DNA from: a virus
DNA length: 64,000 nt
Virus record (IMG/VR): IMGVR_UViG_3300002225_000004
Reading direction: 5' to 3' (one strand)
Shown: piece after piece, positions 28,301-36,500 of the stretch
How positions within the stretch are numbered: position 1 is the first letter of the stretch
Layout of the letters: the number at the start of each line of letters is the position of its first letter
Position numbers and translations under genes: made by a program
Notes under the pieces: model-generated
The model's database searches: none
What the model was told of the DNA's origin: nothing
Seen by the model: the letters and a program-made list of their open reading frames with translations, nothing else

Positions 28301-31300
28301 GTTCTGCTTTACTGCTGCAAGTTTCTCATCGATGTTCTCATCTGTAACCGTATCAGAGAATGATACAATCTGATTCCACTTAGTTTCAGTTTCATTATTA
28401 GAGCGCCCTTCAATATTAGCAATTCCATCCTGGTCGAATCCAATCTCAGCCATGCCGGGAATGTCCCTAGCGGCAGACTCGAATGCCATAAGTTGCTTAG
28501 CGAGATTTTCGGCAACCACGTATCGTCCCATGCCATAAGCTATGGCGATGTTTCGCGCAATGGCTTGCTGTGGAGTGTATGCTTTAAGTGATGAATACAT
28601 ATCCGCATATAGCAAGCCGGACAGCTCACGATATTTCTTTGCGGTCTTAAACTCTTCCTGAATCTCCTTCTCTCTAGCAAGGGTTGGGATTGTGTCCTGA
28701 TCTATCTCAAGCCCACGTTCCTCCGCCCGCTTTAAAATAATATTATTTAATAAGTCGGTATCAAGCTCCTCTTGAAGATCATGGAATCCCAGATTAGCAT
28801 TGATCTTCTGGCGAATCTCCTTGATGTCATTACTGGAGCTTGCATGGTTATACAGATCTCCGAGGTATTCCATCGCCTCATCATACATGCCTTTGCCGTA
28901 TGAAAAAATCTTCGCCATGCCTGTATTAGTATTCTCAGCAATGGTTGAGATAGTCGCGAATGATTCTGGATGTCCTCGCTGTATATTGCGGGAGTCCTGA
29001 AGTGTAGCCTGAGCTTGCGATGATACGCGGGGATCAATGGTGAGTGCGTCTAGGGTTTCTCCTACAATTTCTTCCCTTGTTTCTTTTGAGACTGGCGTGT
29101 CATTTTTTTCTAGTATCTCAATGTCCGCGCCGTCGAAGACTACAAAGTTATATGTCCCTTCTCTATTTCTTCTACTCTGCCCATCTAGGAACTTAATTCC
29201 TTTAATTCCTATATCAAGCAATGCTAAGCTTCTTGCTTTATTGTCTTCACTGCTAAATAAAGAGCCATCATTGATAAAGTTATAAATTTGTTGTCCTGTG
29301 TAAGGGTGATCCACTTCCGATTTAAGTCCTAATCCAAGCTTGACAAGTTTCTTTTTTACTTCTGGATGCTGATCTTTAAAATCCTTATCCCAATCGAGAA
29401 GCTCATTATCCTCTGCTTTGAAGTCTACTTTGTAAAGATTGCCTTCGTGATTAAACTCTTTAATCGAAGGTATGTTCTCCAAATTAAAGTATGACATCCA
29501 TGCAAGTCTCTGTGTTGCATCTTCATAATAATCTTCACTAACCTTTCCTTCGCGCTCAAGCCCAGGACCTTCTATTGCGTCTTTCTGAGCCCAGCCATGA
29601 ACAGTGTCATATCCAAACTGAGCGATGTCGTTTAGGAGTTCGTCAAACCTTAAATCACCTTCGATTAAGCCTGCTCCCACTGTCTCCATAAACTTATTGC
29701 GACCATATTTCCTTGAAAGAGTTTCGCGATAATCTTTGGCTACATCTTTTGCTGTAGCGAAGTAGAGACCCCATCCGAACACCTGTAGCCCTTCACCAGT
29801 TCCCATGAACTTAGTGCTGAACCCTCCAAGGATCTCATGCGGTGTTCCGTGGAATGCAAGTGCGTCTAGTGTTTCGGACTCGGTATCAAGATCATCATCA
29901 GTAATATCAATTCCGAATAGATCCTTGGATGATGCTTCTGCTGCTTCTAGCGCTGCTTTAATCTTTGGATCTTCTTCTGCCGCTTGCTCGCGATCTGGAT
30001 TGATCGGTGGCGTAGTTGGCGAGGTAACTGGAGTGACGGCAGGTTGGACTGCGGGCTGCGCTACTGGTGTAGGTGCGCCAGCGGCTAACCTTGTTGCTGC
30101 TCGACTCCTAGATAGCGGTGAGTTGACATCTGGGTTCAGCTCCGATGTAGTTTGCTCACGACCGAATGACTGAGGGGTTCCTGCCGTTGGATCGAATCCA
30201 AATAACTTTGCGAACTGCTCATCCAATTTCTTGTTAGCTTGAAACTTGGATGGAAGGAATTGAGCAAAGTAATCACGAACACCTTTATAGACATCGCCTA
30301 CCCAGTTCTTCAGCTTGCCAAAGACTTCGGCTTCAACCTCATTCTTGGGCTCTGCTCTAGCCATCCAATCAAGAGCATTATTAGCAAGCCTCTGGTCAGA
30401 CTCAACTCCAAGTTCGTTTGTCTGTAAGTTCTCACGGATAACTTCCATGCCGTCTGCGCCAAGGATGTCTTCCATGATTCCGGTCTGACGAAGCGCGCTC
30501 ATCACCCCAGCGAATAGAGATCCTACTTCTCCGTTCTGAGTGAACGCAATATTAGTATTGCCGTCTACATCCTGATAAGTAGTAGCGCCTTGGTTGTCCT
30601 TACCGGTGATGAACTTGCCTACGATGTCTTGAAATGGGATGAGTGAATCCGCGCCTTCAAAGTTAAGCTTCTTGAAGAAATCATTAGCAACTCTGCCTGC
30701 TCCTGAATCAGCCCACTTATTAGCTAGGATGTCTAGGATGCCAAGAATCTCGGTAGAGCGTTCAGGGTCTAATGCGCCATCATCACCTAGACCGTCGATC
30801 TCATCTTTGACTCTAGCTCTGTCTGGGATAAGTTTATTAACTTTATCTTGTGTCCCCTCATTTGGATTGGTGAGAACGTCAGACAATGCCTGAGCTTCTG
30901 CGCTTTCTGATAATGGGAATAGCGATGGCTGCTCTGGTCTAGCTTGGTTAGCCGTTCCTTCCCCTGATTGCGCGGCAGCTTGACGAGCTAGATTTTCGGG
31001 TAATACTTCTGCTGGTTTAGTTGATGCACCAAACGAGTCGGGGAATAAAGCATCTGGATTGTCACCTTCTACTACTGTATTCGCTGCTTCATAAGCTTCC
31101 TTGTAGCGACCTTCGTTGACAAGCTTGCTTACGCTTTCGTTTACTTCTGCTTGAGTGAGTGAAGAACGCTTGCCAGAAGTATCATCAAGTGCCGCTTGGG
31201 TCTTACCTAAAATAATATTATTTTTTGTAGTGAATCCCTCCGGTCCTTTGCGGATTCCTCCAATCTCTGTAGCTGAGGCAACACCACCGCCAAGGACTGC

Positions 31301-32356
31301 GCCAAGCGCGAACGATTCAAACTGAGATGTAGCATCGGGAATGAACGACTCTTCTTCAGTCATCAGGTATGATCCATATCCAGACGACAAATCTCCCATC
31401 CACTCAGATGCACCCTCACCAAATCCATCACGCATCACTCCGAAAGCTTTCTTGCGAAGGCTTTCGTCGTTCATGATCTGAGAGATTGTCTTACGTTTAA
31501 CCGAGTCAGCACCCTTAAGCCCACGAATAAACTTCTTAGGAAGGAAGCGACCAGCAATAAGTCTATCACCAATCATTTCAATAGCAGCGCCAGGAATTGC
31601 ACCTACGCCTGCATCGTTAGCTTTCTCCTGAGACATGCCCATATCGATAGCCTGATTGTAAGCGTCCTGATATTTACGGGTGGATGTTCCTGCAAGCAAG
31701 AATCCTGTTCCTCCTACTGGTGATCCGGTTACGATAGATCCCGCTACGAATACAGCGGTAGACGATCCTAGATCTCCCAATCCTGTAGCAAGCTTTGCCG
31801 TGAAGTCGTCGTCATAGTCTGGGTTATCCGCCACCCAGTTACGAACGTCCTGAGCTTTCTCATCCGCACCTACGAACCCAAGGATGCCTGCGGTGAATCC
31901 CTCAAAGACTCTCTTGAACTTATCCGATGCCCACCCTGTGTCTCCACCGATAGCTTTGCGTAATGCGTGATCTGTTACTGCGTTAAGATAGAATCCGCGA
32001 TCCTCCTTGTTGACGGGATCTTGCGCCGCGAGATCAGGAATGGTTCCACGGAAGTCTTCCAGTAGCTTCTCCTTTACATCCTCGCTTTTGATTGCCCAGT
32101 CTTGATCCTCCCAAGGAAGCGGAGCATCGATCTCTGAACGCATAGGAATATACCTTCCTTGCCCGGTGGCGCGGAGGTGCTTCTTATTGATAGACTCAGA
32201 GATGCGATTTACCGCCTCCTCCTCGAAAGGACGCTCCTTTAGGTATTCCGATCTAAGCCCTTGGAGAACAGCTTGTTGCCTTTCTTGCGGAAGACTGTTA
32301 TAAGCATCAGTCCTTACAGCCGCATTGACTGAATCTTGGTATTCTACTAAGTTCAT
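22310..32356 (-). CDS. Giant polyvalent virion or injected protein (3348 aa) with three ART-like modules and an HExxH zincin module
   Basis: FHGT..GTGEG.Q.FGWGLYFA, YHGT..GTGEG.QAYGWGLYFA, FFHGS..IFFS, ALHESTH; position at the end of the structural operon. Confidence 0.85.
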   Translation of the reverse strand: MNLVEYQDSVNAAVRTDAYNSLPQERQQAVLQGLRSEYLKERPFEEEAVNRISESINKKHLRATGQGRYIPMRSEIDAPLPWEDQDWAIKSEDVKEKLLEDFRGTIPDLAAQDPVNKEDRGFYLNAVTDHALRKAIGGDTGWASDKFKRVFEGFTAGILGFVGADEKAQDVRNWVADNPDYDDDFTAKLATGLGDLGSSTAVFVAGSIVTGSPVGGTGFLLAGTSTRKYQDAYNQAIDMGMSQEKANDAGVGAIPGAAIEMIGDRLIAGRFLPKKFIRGLKGADSVKRKTISQIMNDESLRKKAFGVMRDGFGEGASEWMGDLSSGYGSYLMTEEESFIPDATSQFESFALGAVLGGGVASATEIGGIRKGPEGFTTKNNIILGKTQAALDDTSGKRSSLTQAEVNESVSKLVNEGRYKEAYEAANTVVEGDNPDALFPDSFGASTKPAEVLPENLARQAAAQSGEGTANQARPEQPSLFPLSESAEAQALSDVLTNPNEGTQDKVNKLIPDRARVKDEIDGLGDDGALDPERSTEILGILDILANKWADSGAGRVANDFFKKLNFEGADSLIPFQDIVGKFITGKDNQGATTYQDVDGNTNIAFTQNGEVGSLFAGVMSALRQTGIMEDILGADGMEVIRENLQTNELGVESDQRLANNALDWMARAEPKNEVEAEVFGKLKNWVGDVYKGVRDYFAQFLPSKFQANKKLDEQFAKLFGFDPTAGTPQSFGREQTTSELNPDVNSPLSRSRAATRLAAGAPTPVAQPAVQPAVTPVTSPTTPPINPDREQAAEEDPKIKAALEAAEASSKDLFGIDITDDDLDTESETLDALAFHGTPHEILGGFSTKFMGTGEGLQVFGWGLYFATAKDVAKDYRETLSRKYGRNKFMETVGAGLIEGDLRFDELLNDIAQFGYDTVHGWAQKDAIEGPGLEREGKVSEDYYEDATQRLAWMSYFNLENIPSIKEFNHEGNLYKVDFKAEDNELLDWDKDFKDQHPEVKKKLVKLGLGLKSEVDHPYTGQQIYNFINDGSLFSSEDNKARSLALLDIGIKGIKFLDGQSRRNREGTYNFVVFDGADIEILEKNDTPVSKETREEIVGETLDALTIDPRVSSQAQATLQDSRNIQRGHPESFATISTIAENTNTGMAKIFSYGKGMYDEAMEYLGDLYNHASSSNDIKEIRQKINANLGFHDLQEELDTDLLNNIILKRAEERGLEIDQDTIPTLAREKEIQEEFKTAKKYRELSGLLYADMYSSLKAYTPQQAIARNIAIAYGMGRYVVAENLAKQLMAFESAARDIPGMAEIGFDQDGIANIEGRSNNETETKWNQIVSFSDTVTDENIDEKLAAVKQNLRSTIPQGALNRAKKLMLRQINDYALAYHGTGADIEGGFDTDYVGTGEGVQAYGWGLYFAENKSVGKFYQEKIGQQARGKNNLIFTDKANKAMASMPMVSQSDLLNISKAFAPGQSKRATAAAIRRNTTSKYLHKLADLVKSGDITLNPDRKGDDFKGNLYKIDFKAEDNELLDWDKRPEDQHPEVIEKLKEAGVWIPSVENGIENSTKGSSIYNSIFYTGTTKRDGLKSDKERSELLLKHGIKGIKFLDGMSRMRGEGYSNFVAFDGKDIEILEKNGDPVSKEKADEVKAEMGALQDGQSQSNTLAENSFNRAIADNDLIKAKEIQDRIAESLGFEGGFFHGSAIKGIKKFGVPIFFSKSESLSRDFAGSYNKEGPVKGGLYKAYLNLGNSLKLWEFKDWVDVVESIKSSGKDTTALENAIAKYAYSMEFDGFSYQFTDAERAKFDKEEKTWENMQKSMLKRREEIRLDPDADPNELYWNVDGYDIPFSTKELDSKANFFSKTDLIYALKDLGFDSVGQLEGGDNPSDAAAVLVFDNKQIETEEVLPTDEEGKLIPISERFGQESTDVGALQDDGQAPAPPSQQTEPDTIITNKDGSTTAVRNATDLFNWMIEKDLIAAPFKRFFSKAINNREIANFLNTVKVQSSPFNSYDPVNNIISLNFDGSDVAVMALHESTHAVLSNAIARDPKFKADIEGLMQDVRNYESADPKMKEVLELAEQEFAEYQKANPNKATSFSKWFSMNHKQLRQKTNASAVEIRAAYALTSADEFVAAAMSDVNFRGMMHASAADQQLTAWQKFKQMVMDVFGFGRVIQKQNVSDAFDAMIDFAIDENIVSHTLPFMHSNETLNAINPDSKNDGGIKEFGRKFRAIRKGKISDKTDRNTATIMKIVKSINPKEILALPDTAVKEFMRIIDNVYDARNNQVKDPALREGNAATINALVKYKFLIDQVAINKIKAANAGLFDMSQFKGDPDNRQEVEKFINDSAIANETQAEKNDRETATANRSAAQANRLNKKQEAWRKKYSEAVEEIKSEYKSASDWVEEFELINGSKIDPDLRKVVMSHFDYLTKIANVGEMTGKELYTHFYAVNNLMDGRIAYVNKTTVPYIQRVRDGKVKFSELKSKFRDPVLYKNKFLKSIDGLVRLTELMQTQLDRWSAHSQARAFLQADLMGPLMQKIMLDAENMRDKDVDEYIQHRKELEAKLGREMKGADNVAMSIYSRLTQFRIGEDPNKALMRNIKNERQSHKNALDQGDSETVSSHKNNIIPIFDRMVVGLEADNLDAPMDVLMESAEERIGTGDFKVGEARLASLNKMIDILDRSRLSNEVISEGFYGEPFEQWANYVPRHVIEAMATKTTGELEAVSIDAKMDTFDENQFQGKSVTGRPSHLKRRSDSLGPGTRYYANNIENTFDRAARISAMTVKTTAERFILKERLKKGNPINKLIKGEHTSDTRVNQLEAWAKDLVYNAMFNGDSLDAMSATMKLFNEMYARVALSGVHQGVTQSIAGFSDYTARTGNLGGAMDASLYYVSNREKMNEFFSENARWIANRSLMGEVELDRKKNPIIDEDSIRAMPIVKGLEKFNKDAGKVITFSLRQGDDFTAKTLVIAEYVRLMKVKGRQIGELSDVDWANPDGLELSQAIINVERNFNASNKVLRGQLFTDRDAKYSFARNITLAFSGHVTMLGAQLNLATRDIIELAKTGENKEEIKSKLQTIGAILGQTFMFTSSRFLINGSIAMLITGLIRDLYDDEDGKIAEIEGELQDARATGDHVLVAHAEAELQAATAIKKHLYRYSNRNFSPAAFGKAVLREELGVLHLFMQGPQIPQKLLFMVPDRYSKELMKEEISAKADVMSAQIADLKDRKRFGEAAMLSEQLVLLEASEYIPYSYPNFSNLGVGGITGTTMEQGYASLKEASDGVLGLEEFNWNDLVLAGRSAGFGQADMLKILKEWDKVEDKLYDIDTALEEKLPEAQAKAIEAREKKRIELIKRLTR

Positions 32357-33987
32357 TTCGTGCTTTGTTCTAATCCTGCAATAACTAAGGCGGAGTAAAT
32401 ATCAATGAAGTTTCTGCGAGTTTCTGCTTCATTCATGCCTGAAGACTTAATCATTTTCTTTAATTCATCCATGCTAGAAATAGCATATCTTTCTTTATTC
32501 GCCCTACCCTCAGAGATAAATCCTTCTCCTCCTAAATTAGAATCAATGCTAAGGGCGGTAGCTCCCTTTCCAATGATGTATTCCTTGCCGGGCTTAGAGC
32601 TTTTAACTATGATTGGTTTTCCCGAAAGGACAACATCCTCAATGGCTGGATTATGGATGAGAGACACAAGATCATCATTGCTCATCCTGTTTAATCCAAC
32701 ATTAAGATTTCTGTGCAGAAGCCCCCTTACTGCTCCGATCTTATTCTGCGAGTCGGCAGGTTCCGACAGCCAATCTACAGTCCAATCGTCTTGTCCGGCC
32801 TTAATCAGAGATTCATTAAGCCCGCCTAATGGATTAACCGGATTGCCTTCCTTGTCCTCAGTAATTAGTTTAGACGAAAAATCACGAACCGCAATATCTT
32901 TTTTCTCTACTGCGCTATCTTCTTGTTTATTGAACGGGTCTAGCTTAGATGGCGGAACCTTATCTAAGTTTGCCTCTTTGGTAACCTTGTCTAAGTCTGA
33001 CTCTGATTTGCTTGGGGGAGGTGTGCCTTTAGGGGTGATCTTGATTCCTCCTAGCGCATTAGCAAGAGTCTGCCTTCTTCTTTCTGTAGCGGCGGCAATG
33101 TCATCGTGGTTTTGCTTGATTGCTTTATCAAGTGATCCGGTTGGATCAGCTAAAGCGGCAGTAGAAAGCTTAGATCCTTGTTCAAATAATAGTTTGATTT
33201 CAAAATCCTGATAAGCAAGATCGTCTCTTGTGATTTGCAGAGACGAAAGTTCTTCTGGTGTGAACTTATTGCCATGACTATTCATGACTTTAACCATATC
33301 GGAATCACTTCCGGTAAGGATAGTTCCACGAATGCCAGACATCGCTTTGCTGATATTAGGATCGTGCGCTCCATCATACCTAGCCTTACCACTAGTATCC
33401 CCAAGCGCACCCATAAGGAATGATACCTCTGGATTGTATTCTGTATCTACTGGAGCAGTGACACCCTTGAATCCATCGTTCAGTTTCCTGATCTCCTTCG
33501 CGTAAGCTTCGTCATCCCATGTCCCACCCTTCAGTATATTGGATTCATACTTGGATTTAATAGCCAGATACCCTTTAGCATATTCGGGGCTCTGGTTCTT
33601 CATGAAGTTAGCCGAGATGATAGTATCAAATGGCTTCGTCAATGAGTTGAACTGACCCTGATTGTAAAGAGTCGTCTGGCGTTGAGCGTTAGTCTTCGCA
33701 TTCTGAAGCTTAAGTTGCTCGGTCTCAATCTGGAGAGGCATCAGTTGCTTCTTAACCTCATACTCAGCGGCAAGGATGCTATTCCTGAAAGCGGTCTCAC
33801 GAAGCTGCGCGTCATTATAGCGACTCTGCTCTGCGAACTCAGCTTGACGCATAGCTTGCTCTGCGATGAACCGCTCCTTCTGAAGTGTGAGGCTAGCAGT
33901 CTGGGTCATCTGCTGGCTAATCAAACCCATAGCTTGCGCAGCTTGTTGCTGCGAGCTATTCAGGATCTCTAATGCTGTATTAGACAT
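32353..33987 (-). CDS. Putative internal virion or injection protein
   Basis: Q/A-rich helical N-terminus; lies between the pilot-like and giant proteins. Confidence 0.55.
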   Translation of the reverse strand: MSNTALEILNSSQQQAAQAMGLISQQMTQTASLTLQKERFIAEQAMRQAEFAEQSRYNDAQLRETAFRNSILAAEYEVKKQLMPLQIETEQLKLQNAKTNAQRQTTLYNQGQFNSLTKPFDTIISANFMKNQSPEYAKGYLAIKSKYESNILKGGTWDDEAYAKEIRKLNDGFKGVTAPVDTEYNPEVSFLMGALGDTSGKARYDGAHDPNISKAMSGIRGTILTGSDSDMVKVMNSHGNKFTPEELSSLQITRDDLAYQDFEIKLLFEQGSKLSTAALADPTGSLDKAIKQNHDDIAAATERRRQTLANALGGIKITPKGTPPPSKSESDLDKVTKEANLDKVPPSKLDPFNKQEDSAVEKKDIAVRDFSSKLITEDKEGNPVNPLGGLNESLIKAGQDDWTVDWLSEPADSQNKIGAVRGLLHRNLNVGLNRMSNDDLVSLIHNPAIEDVVLSGKPIIVKSSKPGKEYIIGKGATALSIDSNLGGEGFISEGRANKERYAISSMDELKKMIKSSGMNEAETRRNFIDIYSALVIAGLEQSTK

Positions 33988-34000
33988 AAAATAATATTAT

Positions 34001-35026
34001 TTAAATGACAAGCGAATTCCAAAGATTGTAAGAGCTGGCATATGGAGATCCGGCATTCCAGTATTCCATAAGAGGAGACACTGAAGAAACTGCATTTGTT
34101 GGAACTTCTCCTGGCAATGGCGGAAGAACGGAATTATAACCATACGGATCACCATTAGAAGGAGGTGGGCCTAAGTCTCCGTAAGTGGTTGGCAAGGCTC
34201 CCCCATAATCACCTCCGCCGCCTCCGGCATAGTTGCCAGCATAGTTAGTTTGCGGTGGCTGGAATGCTGCTGGCGCTCCGTATCGTGCGGATGCAGGTTG
34301 ACTTGAAGCTACGTCAACTGGCCCACGGAACATAGGCACTGCATTGTTTGCAATACCATAACCAAGCGTAGACGCATAACCTCCTATGGAAGTGAGTGCC
34401 GATCCGAACGCTGCCGTTCCGATGCCTTGTGCTTCTGCTCGTTGCTGAACCGCACCCGTCTTAACCGCAAGTTCCTGATTATCGATCTGCTGTTGACGCT
34501 CAAACCTTTCATCAAGTAATCCAAACTCAGTGCCAAGCATATTCATGCTTTCTCCTCCAAGGAAGGAAGAGATCTGCAATCCAGTATTGACACCTTGCTG
34601 TCTAAGGTTGCTGACGTTCTGTGCTGATAGCTGAGTGAATGCCCCTACTGGTGACCCGGCACCAAACGTATTGGCAACCGTGGAAGACATAATATCTTTG
34701 AGCTGATCCTCAAATGCACCGAAGTCTCCTGCCGCTAGACGCAAGTAATCATTCTGCCCTTTACGAAGTAGATCAAGATTCTCCTGAGTCTGCAATGATG
34801 GACCGCCACCAAACCTATCAAGCGTAGTATTGATATTGTCAAGCTTCTCAGTCTTGTCCTTAAGCATCGCATCAAGCCTTTCAGATTGCTTCTTAGCATT
34901 CTTCTTAGCCATCTGCGAATTCACATAAGCAGCGGTCTTGCTTGCTTCCGCCGCTTCAGATGCACCAAATGCAGAAGCAATAGAACCAAGTGCTGATGTA
35001 GCCAATCCTCCAATAATTAGTGCCAT
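34001..35026 (-). CDS. Putative DNA injection (pilot-like) protein
   Basis: G/A-rich N-terminus MALIIGGLATSALGSIASAFGA; G-rich segments. Confidence 0.55.
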   Translation of the reverse strand: MALIIGGLATSALGSIASAFGASEAAEASKTAAYVNSQMAKKNAKKQSERLDAMLKDKTEKLDNINTTLDRFGGGPSLQTQENLDLLRKGQNDYLRLAAGDFGAFEDQLKDIMSSTVANTFGAGSPVGAFTQLSAQNVSNLRQQGVNTGLQISSFLGGESMNMLGTEFGLLDERFERQQQIDNQELAVKTGAVQQRAEAQGIGTAAFGSALTSIGGYASTLGYGIANNAVPMFRGPVDVASSQPASARYGAPAAFQPPQTNYAGNYAGGGGGDYGGALPTTYGDLGPPPSNGDPYGYNSVLPPLPGEVPTNAVSSVSPLMEYWNAGSPYASSYNLWNSLVI

Positions 35027-35028
35027 GA

Positions 35029-36081
35029 TTAAATTTGTTTTAGAATTTCTGGAGTGTCGTCTGCCGTCATGCCAATCAACTGCAACGGGAAAACATCTGG
35101 AGATTCCTTTTCGCGCTTCTCTTTCTCCAGCGCGTTGATTCCTTGATTGATATACACGGTCCCCTTCTCGATGTCTTGCTTATGATACACTAAATAGATA
35201 CCCATTGCAAGAGAAATAATAGCCTCATCATCGGAAATAATAATTGGCTGGCTTTCATCTACAATGATCGGCTGTTCATCAATCTTAAATAGACCATGAA
35301 CCGTGTCGCAACAAGTCTTCGGGATTCTATACCGTTTGATTGGTGACTTATATTCCCAAGGATACAATGTGTTTACCCGCTTACCTACTCCTGTAGCTGG
35401 ATCTACCGCAATAACCTCGATCAAGCCCATAGTGATAGTCTTGTTGATGGATGCGATGTCCGAGAAAATAATATTATTTATATATTGGAAATCACTGGTA
35501 ATGGTAAACTCAATGCCGTGAACCGTTCTCGCGAGGGAGGCTTCTTCAACCGCAACACAGTTGCACCCAGAGGGGAACTTATCCTTGATTGACTCGTAAG
35601 AGAATGCTTGCTCTCCATCTGCTGTCGGTCCCTGAATCCAAAGCTTCTCACCTTCGCCAGCATCCGATAACGATCTGACTCCAAGCATAGCTCCGTCAGG
35701 AAAGTGAGCCTTGAAATCAAATAAACAATTCTGAACTCCTTCATCATATACGTCTTCATTCCAACAGGCTTCTCCACTTTGATCTACATCACCGTATCCG
35801 TTCTTATGGAACATGAAGTGAATGTCGCGAAAGGTGCGAGGTTCACAATTCACATTCAAGCCAATCATATTTGAGTATCCGAAAGGCGAGATAATAAATT
35901 TACCCCCACATAAATCCTCTTGAACCGGGACAAACATCTCTGCCGTCATCCCGAACCACTTGCCTTCCTTCCATGCACGGTTGATTCCCAGCCGTAGAAT
36001 GTTCCAGATCTTTACGGAATCCTGCGGGTAAACACAATCGACAAACTGTGCGATAGTTTCTGCTCCTTGCCCTGCGTTCAT
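35029..36081 (-). CDS. Structural protein (possible adaptor or tail tubular protein A)
   Basis: Synteny only; in-frame palindrome INNIIFS. Confidence 0.45.
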   Translation of the reverse strand: MNAGQGAETIAQFVDCVYPQDSVKIWNILRLGINRAWKEGKWFGMTAEMFVPVQEDLCGGKFIISPFGYSNMIGLNVNCEPRTFRDIHFMFHKNGYGDVDQSGEACWNEDVYDEGVQNCLFDFKAHFPDGAMLGVRSLSDAGEGEKLWIQGPTADGEQAFSYESIKDKFPSGCNCVAVEEASLARTVHGIEFTITSDFQYINNIIFSDIASINKTITMGLIEVIAVDPATGVGKRVNTLYPWEYKSPIKRYRIPKTCCDTVHGLFKIDEQPIIVDESQPIIISDDEAIISLAMGIYLVYHKQDIEKGTVYINQGINALEKEKREKESPDVFPLQLIGMTADDTPEILKQI

Positions 36082-36491
36082 GGTTCAAGTATAACGTGGA
36101 AGTAGTCTTCAATGACTGGGTTGTCTAACTCATAGTTATCCAGCTCATCAGACGTAAGCTTACGCAAGTATGTTGGAAGCGAATCATCTCCCGACACCCA
36201 TAAGAATGGGACGTTAGGAGGGTATGGGTATATGACTGTGTATTCGTTTCCGAAAGGGATGCCGATTCCTGGCGGCGAGGAGATCTTCACCCAAAGCAAT
36301 TCGGAGTCAGACCCTTCTGGTTTCTCGGTAGATGTGACGAACTTTGATTCATCCGCAATATCCGTGATGTCAACCGCGAAGGTGCGCTCGATCCATTCCG
36401 CAAGCATTGGAAGCTCACGCATTACCGCATCCCAATCCTGCTTCTTCTCGGTAGGGTTGGCTACCTTCAGTGGAGCGTATTTGATAGGCAT
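36078..36491 (-). CDS. Hypothetical structural-region protein
   Basis: ORF in operon. Confidence 0.65.
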   Translation of the reverse strand: MPIKYAPLKVANPTEKKQDWDAVMRELPMLAEWIERTFAVDITDIADESKFVTSTEKPEGSDSELLWVKISSPPGIGIPFGNEYTVIYPYPPNVPFLWVSGDDSLPTYLRKLTSDELDNYELDNPVIEDYFHVILEP

Positions 36492-36500
36492 AAAATAATA

